Shown one piece after another: positions 21,449-33,063 of a DNA stretch of 64,000 nucleotides. Made by a program: the position numbers and the translations under genes. Numbering within the stretch: the first letter of the stretch is position 1; every line of letters begins with the position of its first letter. This DNA comes from Opitutales bacterium (GTDB taxonomy: Bacteria > Verrucomicrobiota > Verrucomicrobiia > Opitutales > UBA2987). The notes under the pieces are model-generated. The model was not told the origin of the DNA. It made no database searches and saw only the letters and a list, made by a program, of their open reading frames with translations. The stretch is taken from NCBI GenBank assembly GCA_965226885.1, contig CBDDEL010000017.1, positions 192,001-256,000 on the forward strand, written 5' to 3'.

Positions 21449-22057
21449 ATGCCCTGTTTGCTCCTTCCACCTCCATTCAGAGAGAAACCCGTTGATGGGA
21501 GGCAGCGAATCTACAAAGAATCAGATTTGTGGGAGGTTGTTTACATTCGCACACACAATCAATATCTGAGCCTTAATCCTGAAGACGATGATCCGCTTCG
21601 GGATCGGCTAAATGCTTGGAAGAAATTGTGGAGAAAGAAATATGAAGAGGAGAAAAAATACCGTAATGAATCTACACTCGAAAAGTTGCATTTAAACAAC
21701 CTAGCCGAAAAGAAGTATCAGCTTAAACTGCTCGAAATTCATTACAATGATCCTCATAGGATAGTTGCCGGAGTGGAAGTTGGTGGCCTACTCAATGTAA
21801 CACTCGAAATGGTGAAACAGGGTCGTGTGGAAGGAATCCAGGGCAAAGCAATCCGGGATGACTACCTTGAAGAGCAGTGGGCAAAAGAAACGGGCATCGA
21901 TTTGGAGGAGATGACAAGGGAGAGATACGCTTTATTTAGTTGGATCAAAAAACATGTTGGGGTCTGGGCCTTCGTCAAAGACGTGAAACTTCGAGAGAAC
22001 CGCAGGGAACTTATACCACCACCAGAGTTTGGTAGTGTTAACATGACGAATGTTTGA
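21449..22057 (+). CDS. Hypothetical protein, C-terminus replaced by IS1-isoform end at 22031
   Basis: 202-codon ORF with no recognisable motif; last codons derive from IS sequence. Confidence 0.5.
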   Translation: MPCLLLPPPFREKPVDGRQRIYKESDLWEVVYIRTHNQYLSLNPEDDDPLRDRLNAWKKLWRKKYEEEKKYRNESTLEKLHLNNLAEKKYQLKLLEIHYNDPHRIVAGVEVGGLLNVTLEMVKQGRVEGIQGKAIRDDYLEEQWAKETGIDLEEMTRERYALFSWIKKHVGVWAFVKDVKLRENRRELIPPPEFGSVNMTNV

Positions 22058-22146
22058 TATTGCTGTTGTATTCCCAGATGAACAAGCACAGGACGCGAAA
22101 ATGCATGACCAAAGACTTCGAGAATGACAGCGTTTTACGCACATAG
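22031..22146 (-). mobile_element. Right-end fragment of second IS1-family isoform
   Basis: Minus strand reads [27 protein letters not shown] and ends in ACACTACC; cut by IS1380. Confidence 0.85.
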
Positions 22147-24523
22147 CCCGGATATTTCATGAAAAAAGTATCGCTGATATGCTTATCTGCTGATATACAG
22201 CAGGATAGATTAAACATTAAAGCAATATCAGCGATGACAAAAAGTAAACAATTAGAACTACAGTTGACAAGGGTAAAAGGCCGCCGTGTGCGGGTTGATT
22301 TTAGGTAGTGTATTAAGTAGGAATGGTGGCTAATTCTTGATTATATTGATGAATGAAAAGTCTCAGACAGGTTTCATGCATACTCTTAAGCTTGGAAAAG
22401 GAGAGGGTTTTGCGTGTGAAACGACCCAGTCGTTGGCGCAGGGTATTGTTCCATCGTTCCACATGGGCCGTTTCACCGGTTTCTCTTTTCCCACGGATCG
22501 GTTATGAGGAAAGACTTCATCATAAGTGCTCCAAAAGTCGCTGTAGGTGGCACATCTTTTGTAGGCCCGTGGCAGACGCTCGTAAAGTTCCCGGCAACGA
22601 TACCAATCCCGAGGCCCAATGGCATAGGAGAGGATTTGACGGGTGCGTCGGCAAAGAGCGATCCAAACCCATTGGGCATCGCTCTTGCGCCCCACAAAAG
22701 ACCACAGTTCGTCCAGTTCAATGACATCATGGCGGCGGGCCGCAAGAATCGTGCTTTTGAGCGGTCGCAGCGATTGTCGTTTTTTTTAACCAACTCAAAA
22801 CGGTGTTGGGACTCACCCCGAAGGCGCGCTGTAAACCGCGTAGACTGCTGCGTTCCTGATAGACTCGAAGGATCATTTCTTTTTGCTCTTCGGTGTATTT
22901 CACTGTGGGGTTTTGCGGCTTTGTTTACCACAATCATGGCAGCGGTAGCGCTGTTTATGGTTGGGCGTCTTGCCAAATTTAATGATATTTTCACTTCCAC
23001 AGTGCCGACAATTAATAATCTTAGTAACCATGCACTAAAAATAAACTGCCTAACGCTATTTGTACAGCTAAAAATACAAAATAACATTCTTTTTTTATAC
23101 ACTACCGATTTTAAGGGCGGTGAGGTTACTTCGGATGCCGGGCTGCTTTTGATCCGGGAAGTGGATCGGCGGTTGGGCTTGACCGAGCAAGCGGCCCGGC
23201 AATTAGTAGACAAACGGCAGAAGGGCAAAGTGCGCCATGAGATGCTGGCCATGATCCGGCAGCGCGTTTACGGGCTGGTGGCGGGCTATGAGGATTTGAA
23301 CGACTTTGACACCCTGCGCCGCGATCCTTTGTTGCAAACGGTAACGGGGCGCACTGAAGCGTTGGCCAGCGCGCCGACTTTGTGTCGTTTTGAAAACGGG
23401 CAGGATCGGCGGGCAGCCTTTGCCCTGAACGAGTTGCTGGTCGAACAGTTCATCGGATCCTTTGCCGAGGAACCCGAAGAGATCATCCTGGACTTTGACG
23501 CCACCGACAATCCGGTGCACGGGCTCCAGGAGGGACGTTTTTTCCACGGTTATTATGATCATTACTGTTTTTTGCCGCTGTATGTTTTTTGCGGCGATCA
23601 GCTTCTGGTGGCCTACCTGCGGCCCAGCAAGATCGATGCGAGCAAGCATGCCGGGGCCATCCTCAAATTGCTGGTTAAACGGATTCGCCAAAGCTGGCCC
23701 CATACGCGGATTATTTGGCGTGCCGACAGCGGATTCTGCCGGGATCGGATTCTCTCGTGGTGCGAGCGCAACGAGGTTTATTTTATAGTGGGAACGGCCC
23801 GCCATGCACGCTTGCAGCAAGCGGCCCGGCAGTTGCAGGAGCAAGCCAAACAATGGTTCGAGGGTAGCGGCAAAAAGCAACGGCTGTTTCAGCACTTCGA
23901 GTATGGGGCAAAATCGTGGCGGCGCCAACGCCTTATCATCCACAAAGCCGAACACACCGCACAGGGGTCCAACCCGCGCTTCGTGGTGACGAACCTGCAG
24001 GGCGATCCCCAAGAGCTTTACGACAAAGTATACTGTGGCCGCGGTGAGATGGAGAACCGGATCAAGGAACAGATGCAATTGTTCAGCGAACGCACCAGCG
24101 CGCATAAATGGTGGGCCAACCAGTGGCGATTGCTCTTGTCGGGGCTGGCCTACACCTTGATGGAAGCCTTGCGCCGGTTCGCATTAAAAGGGACGAAGTG
24201 GGCGCGTCTCCAATGCCACAGTCTACGGCTAAAATTAATCAAGATCGGAGCGGTAATCGTGCGCAACACCCGAACGATTCACTTTCACCTAAGTGAAAGT
24301 TATCCATGGGCCAGTCTTTTCAACCATGCGGCCCGCCGGTTGGTGCCAACCTAAAGGGCGCATTGGCGCTGCCCCCGGCGCTACCGAACCAATGGGGGAA
24401 AGGGGGAAGTGTCTCTACACCCTGAAAAACACCTCAAAATCAAGACGATCCGCCCAAAATACAAAGAAATCCATCTCCAATAGCAATAACGAGCCAAACT
24501 TTACCCTTCATGAAATATCCGGG
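22147..24523 (+). mobile_element. IS1380-family element interrupted by IS1 (transposase 22234-24354 disrupted)
   Basis: IRs as in the other copies; flanks ATAG / CTAA do not match; near-identical to 39638-41210. Confidence 0.94.
22304..23106 (-). mobile_element. IS1-family element nested in IS1380, carrying small indels
   Basis: GGTAGTGTAT IRs; 7-bp TSD GATTTTA. Confidence 0.94.
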
Positions 24524-24815
24524 CTAAAGGAGTTGATCCAGATGCCGCCTACAAGGTCCATAAAAGAAATAAAAAAAGAGTATTTGCGCCTCTTTAGTTC
24601 CAAAGTCTGGAACGCTAAAATTATTTCATATTTTACAAAACTTTACAAAACATTAGTAAACAGGGAGTTGCATTCAGCACTTCCTGTTTTTTTTGGAACC
24701 CCTGCGTTCCAACAGCCCATAGGGTAGAAGCAGTCCTTTCTAGGACGCTTCTTTCACAGCAGATACGCGAGGCAGCAGCCCGCGACGAACACGAAATCTA
24801 AAAACAGGAGACCAA

Positions 24816-26166
24816 ATGCCAAACGACAATAGCAACACAAATATGCCGGAGATCCTTACCCGCCGTGAGGCAGCCCAATATCTCAGAATGAGCGAACGGG
24901 GACTAATACCAAATCGCAAAAGGATTGATAAAGATTAAAAAACAGCTATAAAGGCGGAATGAGAAGATATATGGGAACCGATGAAGACCGTGAACGTATC
25001 AAGAAATTGCTCAACAAAGAGGCTGTCAGCTGGCGTAAAGAGCGTTTGGTGGCATTAAAAATGGGCTTCCAGCCGCACCACAGCATTGATGAAATTGGAG
25101 CCATCGTGGGCCGAGGCAAAGCGACGATCCAGCGTTGGTTTGACAAATATCGTGCTGCAGGGCTCGGGGCGGTGCTTACACGCGCCTACAAAGGCGGGAT
25201 CAAAAGCCGTTGCGACAAAGAGGTGGAGGCCTTCTTGCTCAATGGTTTGAAGGTCGCGCGCTGGAACACAGCCGTTCAGGCGGGGCAAGAGCTGGAGCGA
25301 CATTTCGGGCGCTCCTTCGCCTACAAGACGGTGTGGCGATGGCTAAAAAAATGCGCCGGGGTGCTTCGAGTCCCTCGGCCCGTGCATGAGAAACGGGACT
25401 CGGCAAAAGCGGAAGCGTTCAAGCGAGACTTTTTTAAGATCCTCCAGGAGCTTTCCCTCACCCGAGGCAATCGGGTTCGGGTGTGGTTTGCCGATGAAAG
25501 CCGTTTTGGTTTGCTTCCGGTGTACCGCCGGTGCTGGACGCAAAGAGGGCTTCGGCCGCACAAAAAATATCAGACAAGATACCAGTGGAGCTACTGTTAC
25601 GGAGCCCTCGACGTGGTCAACGGCGAGATGGTATGCATCCAAACCCCTAGCACGAATCTACAGTGGACGGAGGCTTTCCTCCAACAGATCAAAAAGCAAT
25701 ATCCTGAGGAGGAACATGTGGTTGTATGGGACGGGGCAGGCTTCCATCCGCACGACTCGGAGCACCCCAACGTCCCCCCGGGCATACATATCGTGAATTT
25801 GCCGCCGTATAGTCCTGAACTCAACCCGATTGAAAGACTTTGGGATATGATACAGGATCAAACGGCCAACAAACTGTGGCCGAGCATTGAGCGACTCGAA
25901 GAAGTCGTCGCAACCCATCTCAAAGACTGGTGGGAGGACACTGAAAAAGTCCTCTCTTTAGTTGGCGGAGGCTGGCAGCACATTCAAGCAAACGCTTCTG
26001 CCAAATAACTTATTATCATACCTAATGAGATTTGAGATTTGGTATAAGACGGTACCTTGAGCAGGGAATCTTCAGGGAAATTCGCGTTGGCCGGAAGCGG
26101 TTGCTGCGAAAGACGTCACTAGATCGGGCATTGGAAAAATTAGAAACCAGTGAGGGGTCGAATTAA
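24816..26166 (+). pseudogene. Excisionase-like HTH protein (69 aa when rejoined), interrupted by IS630
   Basis: AGGAG RBS; rejoined MPNDNSNTNMPEILTRREAAQYLRMSERGL-RRYLEQGIFREIRVGRKRLLRKTSLDRALEKLETSEGSN. Confidence 0.85.
24906..26044 (+). mobile_element. IS630-family element (transposase 24959-26008)
   Basis: TA TSD; IRs ATACCAAATCGCAAA / TTTGAGATTTGGTA; ADESRFG, WDGAGFH and LPPYSPELNPIE motifs. Confidence 0.95.
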
Positions 26167-26348
26167 TGAGCGAATCATCAAAAAATCCGCCTGGTGAGGG
26201 GATCAATCGATCCACTGAGGATGTGGACCAAGAGTTCTACCAGTTTTTAACATCCGATAGCGAAACCCTCTTAAGAACCGGAATCCGGTTGGCCAGAAAA
26301 AAAGAACTTATTCTCCAAGAATTATTGGACCGGGGGGACATATCATGA
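26166..26348 (+). CDS. Small hypothetical protein of the integrative element
   Basis: 60 codons, translationally coupled to both neighbours (TAATG and ATGA overlaps). Confidence 0.55.
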   Translation: MSESSKNPPGEGINRSTEDVDQEFYQFLTSDSETLLRTGIRLARKKELILQELLDRGDIS

Positions 26349-28455
26349 TTGCCCCAGAAGAATCGTTTCGGCGGGCAATGGCCGCTGCCGGGATTGTTAC
26401 CAGCGTCCCAATCATTGCTGGCAGAGATATTCACCGTTTTGATGTAGGCGATGATAGGCCATCGGGCATTGGATCAAGAAATGGATGGTACGTATAGTTT
26501 CGACGGCGAACTACCGGCTGGGGCATTCGGTTGCTGGCGACGGGGAATTAAGGAAAATTGGTGTTCGTATATTTCGAAAAGCTGGCATTCGGTTGGGGCT
26601 TTCCCCAAAAGAGCAAGATCGGATAAAAAAACGGCACCGTGAAACAAAGATTCTATGGAAACAAGAACAGGTAAAAATACACGCTGAGGCGCGGGAGGAA
26701 GCCAACCGTATATGGAATGAATCCAAAGCGGTCCAGGGCCATGAATATCTAAGAAATAAAGGCGTTAAACCCTTTGGAGTCCGCGACCACAACGGCACCC
26801 TCATTGTCCCGTTAAAAGACGCTCAGGACACCCTCAACAGCCTTCAATCCATTAGCCCTAATGGAACCAAGCGGTTCCTGCCGGGTGGGAAGATTAAGGG
26901 CTGCTATCACCTGATTGGAACGCCCGATGAAATCCTTTATATTACCGAAGGTTATTCCACCGGGGCCACTGTTCACGATGCTACCGGCGAGGCGGTGGTA
27001 GTGGCATTCAACGCGGGAAATCTCCAAAACGTAGCTGAGATTCTACGGCGCAAATATGGGGATATTTCCATTGTAATTGCCGCCGATAACGACGCATTTA
27101 CAGACGGAAACCCTGGCCTGACCAAAGCGAAGGAAGCGGCAACCGCGGTCGGCGGAAAAATCGCGGTGCCGGTGTTCAATGACGTATCCAGCAAGCCAAC
27201 TGATTTTAACGATCTGTGTCAGCTTGAGGGTGCCGAAAAGGTGGAGAAATTGCTTGAGGAAGCATCTGAGCCCGTAGAACCCATTCCGGTGGTTCTAGGC
27301 AGGCTGGCGGCCCTCTCACCAATAAAATATGACCAATGCCGGAAGGCGGAAGCAACACGGATGGGAATCCAGGTTTCAACTTTGGATACTGAAGTAAAAA
27401 AGCTCAAGCCAAAGAGCGATAATTCCAAAGAGGTAGGCGGCACAGAAATTAAGTTTGAAGAAATTGAGCCGTGGCCTGATTCAGTGGATGGCGAAGCATT
27501 ATTAGATGAACTTGCTGATTCATTTTCACGGTATGTTTTTCTTCAGCCTGGTTGCAGAGAGGTAGGGGCTTTATTTACGGTGTTTACCTACGTTCATGAC
27601 GCTTTTTATGTTTCACCAATTCTGGCGGCCCTTTCACCCGATAAGCGATGCGGTAAGACAACTTATCTAAATCACCTTCAACGCCTGGCCCATAAAGGCA
27701 GGTTGGCTTCAAATATCAGTCCGGCTGCTATATTCCGGTTCACGGAAAAATATTCGCCGACTCTAATAATTGACGAAGCGGACACATTTCTCAAAAAAAA
27801 TCCTGAGATCATTGGTATTCTCAACTCAGGCCACCTAAAGGAATCCGCAACAATTATCAGGGTCGGGGCCGACGATAACGAAGTACTGGAATTTAATACC
27901 TGGGCACCAAAGGCAATCGGGATGATTGGCAAATTGCCGCCAACGCTGTTGGATAGATCAATCGTTGTTCACATGCGCCGAAAATTAACGGGTGAACTGA
28001 CAACAAAGTTTCGACCCAAATACAAAGAAGAATTTCTGGAATTTAGACGAAAACTTACCCGGTGGGGCGCAGACAATATTGAGATACTCAAGACCATTGA
28101 ACCGGACATTCCCGAAGGGTTGAACGACCGCGCTGCCGATAATTGGGAACCGCTACTTGCGATTGCAGAGGAAGCGGGGGGCGAATGGCCGAATAAGGCC
28201 AAGGAAGCAATCCAGGTTTTAACCAAAAATGAAGTAGATGACGATTCATTGGGCGCAATGCTACTAAAGGACATCAAAGATATTTTTGAAAAAAGGGGAA
28301 CAGACCGGATTTTCACCAAAGACCTGCTTGATACCCTTGCTAAAATGGACGAACGACGCTGGCCCGAATTTCGTAATAGCAAACCAATTTCTGCCCCCCA
28401 GTTGGCAAAATTATTAAAAATATATAAAATATCTGCGGCGGGGACAATTCGGATT

Positions 28456-29780
28456 TGATGTGCACTGGAAAAAGTGGACACGAGATTCTCCTAAATGGAG
28501 AATCGAAGCATGGGAAGAAGACGCAGTATAGAGTTCAAAAATGAGGCAGTTCAACTGATGATACTCGATGGTCTGAGCGCCACCGAGGTATCGACCAAAC
28601 TTGGGGTCAACACCAACCAATTGTATAGGTGGAAGAGGCTCTATCTGGACGATCAGCAGGGCGAAGCCACCTCAAAGCGACAGAGCAGTCCGAAGGAGAT
28701 GGCGGCCGAGATAGATCGTCTTCGCAAAGAGCTGCGCCGCTCGGAGCGGATCAACCAGATACTAAAAAAAACGGTGGGCTACTTTGCCAAGGACGAACAA
28801 TGAAGTACCAGTTTGTCAAAGACAACGAGGGGCGCTTCAAGATCGAGGAAATATGCTCGGCGATGGGGATTTGTCGCAGTGGCTATTACTGCTGGAGGCA
28901 CCGAGCGCCCTCGGCCCGGCGGATCGAGGACGAGGGAATCAAGGGGGCGATCCTGAAGGTACACAAAGAGGCCAAGGGCCGCTATGGGCATCGGCCAATG
29001 CACCGCCATCTGAAGGATGATGAGGGCATCGATTGCGGCCGTGACCGGGCTCTGCGTCTGATGCGTGAAATGGGAATCAAAAGCACCCAGAGTAAACGCT
29101 TTAAGCCATTAAAAACCAACAGTAACCATCCCTATGGTTACAGCCCCAATGTGCTTAAAAAGCATGGCCAGCCGACCCATATCGACGAGGTCTGGGTGGC
29201 GGACACGACCTACCTACGGACCCTGGCCGGTTGGATGTACTTGGCCACGGTGATGGACCTGTTCAGCCGACGCCTGCTGGGCTGGAGCGTTTCCAACCAC
29301 AACGACGCGAAGCTGGTTGGCAAGGCCCTCAAAGCCGCGGCCATGACCCGCGGCACACTGCGCACCGGGATTATTCATCACAGCGATCGGGGCAGCCCCT
29401 ACGCCAGCGACGACTATCAGAGGCTGGTCTCTGAACTAGGCATGAAGCCGAGCATGAGCGCCCAAGGCAACTGCTACGACAACGCGGCCATGGAATCGTT
29501 CTACGGCCGCTTCAAGACCAGCACGATTCGAGGCCGCCACTTTGCCGACGAGCGCGAACTGCGATCAACTGTCTTCGAATACGTGGAAATCTTCTACAAC
29601 CGATATCGCAAACATTCCTCTCTGAGTTACCAAAGCCCAGTCCAATTCGAGGAAAATATTTGCCCCCCATGGGGGGCAACGAGAAAACAAAACCCTTTAC
29701 CAAAACAAGCCGCCTGACACACTAATCAATAAACAATGAATATAAGAGAATCCCGTGTCCAACAAATCCAGTACACGTCA
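28456..29780 (+). mobile_element. IS3-family element
   Basis: Near-identical to 3493-4817; 4-bp TSD GATT. Confidence 0.96.
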
Positions 29781-29858
29781 GATTGGGGGAGAAACCGCAA
29801 AAGGATACAAAAAAGAAAGCTTTTTAGATGCTTTTCGCAGATATACCCTCAACTGTGC

Positions 29859-29985
29859 CGTCACAACGTCACAAACCACTGTTGATGCGGGTTCCAGCCC
29901 AATTGGAAACGTCACACACAACCCAATTGTGACGGATAAAAATCAGCCCCAGGCCAGTATTGATGCGGGTTGTGACGGTGTGACG
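29859..29985. repeat. Symmetric iteron-like repeats, candidate replication origin
   Basis: CGTCAC at 29859, 29867 and 29910; GTGACG at 29929, 29972 and 29980; TTGATGCGGGTT at 29882 and 29960. Confidence 0.6.
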
Positions 29986-30017
29986 GATGAAAACAGGGAA
30001 ATCCATAGGCTGCGGGT

Positions 30018-30473
30018 ATGAAAGCGCAAATATTGATTGAAGAAATCTATTCCGCCGGGGCGCGTTTGGTGATCGACGGGCCTGATATTATTATCGAAAG
30101 GACGGGGGGCCCATTGTCCGATCATCTTATTGACGAACTACGAAGCCACAAATCGGAAGTCATCTCAGCACTACGGGACGGGGGGCCCGGTCAACCCCTG
30201 GATGCCGACGAATGTTCTGATATCATTTCTGGGAAAGAACGCTACCCATACAAATTCGTCGGCGAAAACGTGTCCTTTCTGCTCTCTGGCGAAATCGTGG
30301 GTTGTCTAGCGCCACCGGGCGCGAAATTTGCCCAAGGAACAATTCTCAGCCAGCAATGGCTGGGATACACCAAAATAGGAAATATCCCCGAATATTCGTT
30401 AAATATCAGAACCGATGACGGCGTGGTTCATACCCGCCGCCTGGTTGAGCACTACATCGCGGCAATAAGGTAA
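30018..30473 (+). CDS. Hypothetical protein with TubC-N-like N-terminal pattern
   Basis: ATGA-coupled to the primase; LSDHLIDELRSHKSEVISAL segment. Confidence 0.55.
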   Translation: MKAQILIEEIYSAGARLVIDGPDIIIERTGGPLSDHLIDELRSHKSEVISALRDGGPGQPLDADECSDIISGKERYPYKFVGENVSFLLSGEIVGCLAPPGAKFAQGTILSQQWLGYTKIGNIPEYSLNIRTDDGVVHTRRLVEHYIAAIR

Positions 30474-30652
30474 AACAATGAACAATCAGGCATTAGAAAA
30501 AGCGACGCAGACCGGGGGGATCGTTCCACTGGCAAAGGTAATCCGCAAACAAGGTTTCACCCTGACTCAGACATGGAGTGTAAACGCCGGGGAAAAACCG
30601 GTACGGTAAAGAGGCCGCTTTAAAACCGGTACGCTTATCCTAGAAAGGAGGA

Positions 30653-32190
30653 GTGTATCGAGATATGAAGCAATGGACAAGAGTGCGGCACAAAGTGCTG
30701 CGGGACAAGCAGAGCAAGCGCTCTGTAATGCGAGAAGAGGGACTGCACTGGGAGACCCTGGGAAAGATGCTGGCCTATTCCCAGCCGCCGGGATACCGGC
30801 GCAAGAAGAGGCGAGAGCGCAAGATCGATCCGTATGTGGGCTGGATCGAGGAGGTGCTCAAAGCGGACCGGAACGTGCCCAAGAAGCAGCGCCATACGGC
30901 CAAACGGATCTACCAGCGTTTGGGTCGGGAGAAGGGCTACCAAGGGGGCTACACGGCGGTCAAGGAGGTGGTGGCCGAGCTGCGAGCGAGGCGGCGGGAA
31001 GTGTTCGTGCCGCTGGAGCACCGCCCCGGGGAGGGACAGGTGGACTTCGGTCATGCCCTGGTGAAGGAGGCGGGGCAATTGCGTAGGCGGCCATTTTTTG
31101 CCATGAGCCTGCCCTACAGCGATGCCTTTTTCGTGCAGGTGTTCGAACGGGAGTGCACGGAGAGCTTCTGGGAGGGGCACCTGCGAGCTTTTGAGTTTTT
31201 CGGGGCGGTGCCCCGGCGCATCAGCTATGACAACTCGAAGGTGGCGGTGGGTAAGATTATCGGTTCGCGTGAACGCAAGCTGACCGACGGGTTTCTGCAG
31301 CTACAGAGCCATTACCTGTTCGAGGAACACTTCTGTCTGCCCGCCCGGCCCAACGAGAAGGGCGTGGTCGAGGGGATCGTGCGTTATGCCCGGGCCAACT
31401 TCCTGGTACCGGTACCGCAGGTTCGGGACCTGGAGGAACTCAACGCAAAGCTGTTGGAGGCATGTGAGCGGGACATGGAGCGTAAATTACGCGGGAAAAG
31501 GGCGGTGAAAAAGGAACTGCTGGCCGAGGAGCGCGCCGTCATGCTGGCGTTGCCGCCCATACCCTTTGAAGCGAGCCGCAAACGCTCGACCTGCGTCAGC
31601 AGCCTCTCGCTGGTGCGCTTCGAGTGCAACGACTATTCGGTGCCGGTGCGCTGCGCCCACCATCCGGTGGTGGTGGAAGGGTCCTGTCGGCAGGTGGTGA
31701 TCTTCTGTGGGGGCCAAGAGGTGGCCCGGCACCCTTCTGTGGGGGCCAAGAGGTGGCCCGGCACCGCCGCATTTGGGATAAAGAGCAAGTCTCTTTCGAG
31801 CCGGTGCACTACCTGGCTTTGCTGGAGAAAAAACCGGGCGCTTTGGACTTCGCCCGCCCACTCTCGGGCTGGCAGTTGCCGCAGTGCCTGCAGGTCCTCA
31901 GACGCCGGCTCGAAAGCCAATGCGGGGGCGAAGGCACCCGGGAGTATATCCGGGTGCTGCGGCTGTTGGAGAAACACCCCATGGCGGCCTTGCAGCAGGC
32001 CGTCGTCTCGGCCCTGCGGGTGGGGGGACTGACTCGTGAGGCCATCGCCCAGTATCTCTATCCTCAGGAAGACTACGGGAGCAGAACCTTCCGGCTGGAC
32101 GGCCATCCACACCTGCGTCACGTCCGTGTGGCCGCCCCTGACCTCGGTGCCTACAGCGAACTGCTCAAGATTCCAGGAGGGGCTTTATGA
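30653..32190 (+). pseudogene. istA: IS21 transposase IstA, frameshifted by a 32-bp tandem duplication
   Basis: QVDFG, YDN, EKGVVE and YSVP motifs; duplication at 31702-31765. Confidence 0.9.
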
Positions 32191-32954
32191 AGGAAGAAAA
32201 AAACCAGCTGCTGTTACACCATCACCTCAAGAAACTGAAGTTGCCCACCATCCTGCGCGAATGGCCGGCGGTGGCCGCGGCTTGTTCCCGGGACCGGCTC
32301 GATTACGCCGCCTTTTTGTTGCATCTGGTCGAACGGGAGCTCATTGAACGCGAACAGCGGGCCGCCCAGCGGCGGATCAAAAACGCCCGTTTCCCCGTGC
32401 TCAAGACCCTCGAGAGCTTCGCCTTTGAAGCGCAGCCCTCGATCAACGAAGCGCTCATCCGAGAGCTCATGCGCGGGGAGTATGTCGACCAGCGCGAAAA
32501 CGTGCTGCTCCTCGGTAACGCCGGTACCGGTAAAACGCACCTGGCCACCGCCCTGGGCTTTGCCGCCTGTGCCCAGGGCCGGCGGATCCGTTTCTTCGGG
32601 GTCACCGCCCTGGTTACCCATATGCTCGAGCAACGCGACAACCACGACCTGCAGCGCTTCATGAAGCAACTCGAAAGGCTCGACCTACTCATCCTCGACG
32701 AACTCGGTTACGTCCCTTTTTCCAAGACCGGTTCCGAACTGCTCTTCGACGTGGTCAGCCGCGCTTACGAGCGCACCAGTCTCATCGTCACCACCAACCT
32801 GCCCTTTGAGAACTGGATCGAAGTGCTCGGTTCCGAACGGCTCACCGGAGCTCTGCTGGACCGACTCACCCATCGGGTGCATATCCTCGAAGCCAACGGG
32901 CAAAGCTACCGCTTGCGCGATGCTCGACGCCGTCGCCGTGGCACAAAACAATAA
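32187..32954 (+). CDS. istB: IS21 helper ATPase IstB
   Basis: GNAGTGKTHLA, LILDELGY, TTNLPF and LDRLTH motifs. Confidence 0.96.
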   Translation: MKEEKNQLLLHHHLKKLKLPTILREWPAVAAACSRDRLDYAAFLLHLVERELIEREQRAAQRRIKNARFPVLKTLESFAFEAQPSINEALIRELMRGEYVDQRENVLLLGNAGTGKTHLATALGFAACAQGRRIRFFGVTALVTHMLEQRDNHDLQRFMKQLERLDLLILDELGYVPFSKTGSELLFDVVSRAYERTSLIVTTNLPFENWIEVLGSERLTGALLDRLTHRVHILEANGQSYRLRDARRRRRGTKQ

Positions 32955-33063
32955 ACGCCTTGGGCCCGGCTCGTCGGCCTCCGGCCTCCTCACCGACCCC
33001 AAGCCAATCCCCAAAACCAACTCCCAAACCCTAAACCTTGACGTACCTGCAATTACTAACCTA

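Larger units (their letters stand above)
26345..30021 (+). pseudogene. Toprim primase-DUF3631 (P-loop) replication protein of a satellite/integrative element; two N-terminal frameshifts and an IS3 insertion
   Basis: IHRF..NGWYV, AGAFGCW, EGYSTG, AADND, DFNDL, KRCGKTT, IDEAD, ADNWEPLLAIA and KGY...F.DAF.RY motifs; rejoins across IS3 at RI-GGETAKGY. Confidence 0.85.

Noticed and set aside
20243..22103. 73-bp direct repeat as att sites or a DGR template/variable pair
   Set aside because: It encodes an InsB C-terminus and ends in an IS1-type IR; copies are identical and there is no reverse transcriptase.
22504..24354. 616-aa ORF suggesting a novel long transposase
   Set aside because: Chimera of the IS1 antisense frame running into the interrupted IS1380 transposase; a near-full-length product from an IS1-internal start cannot be fully excluded.
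29859..29985. CRISPR-like array
   Set aside because: Repeats are 6-12 bp, partly inverted, with no regular repeat-spacer period; no cas genes.
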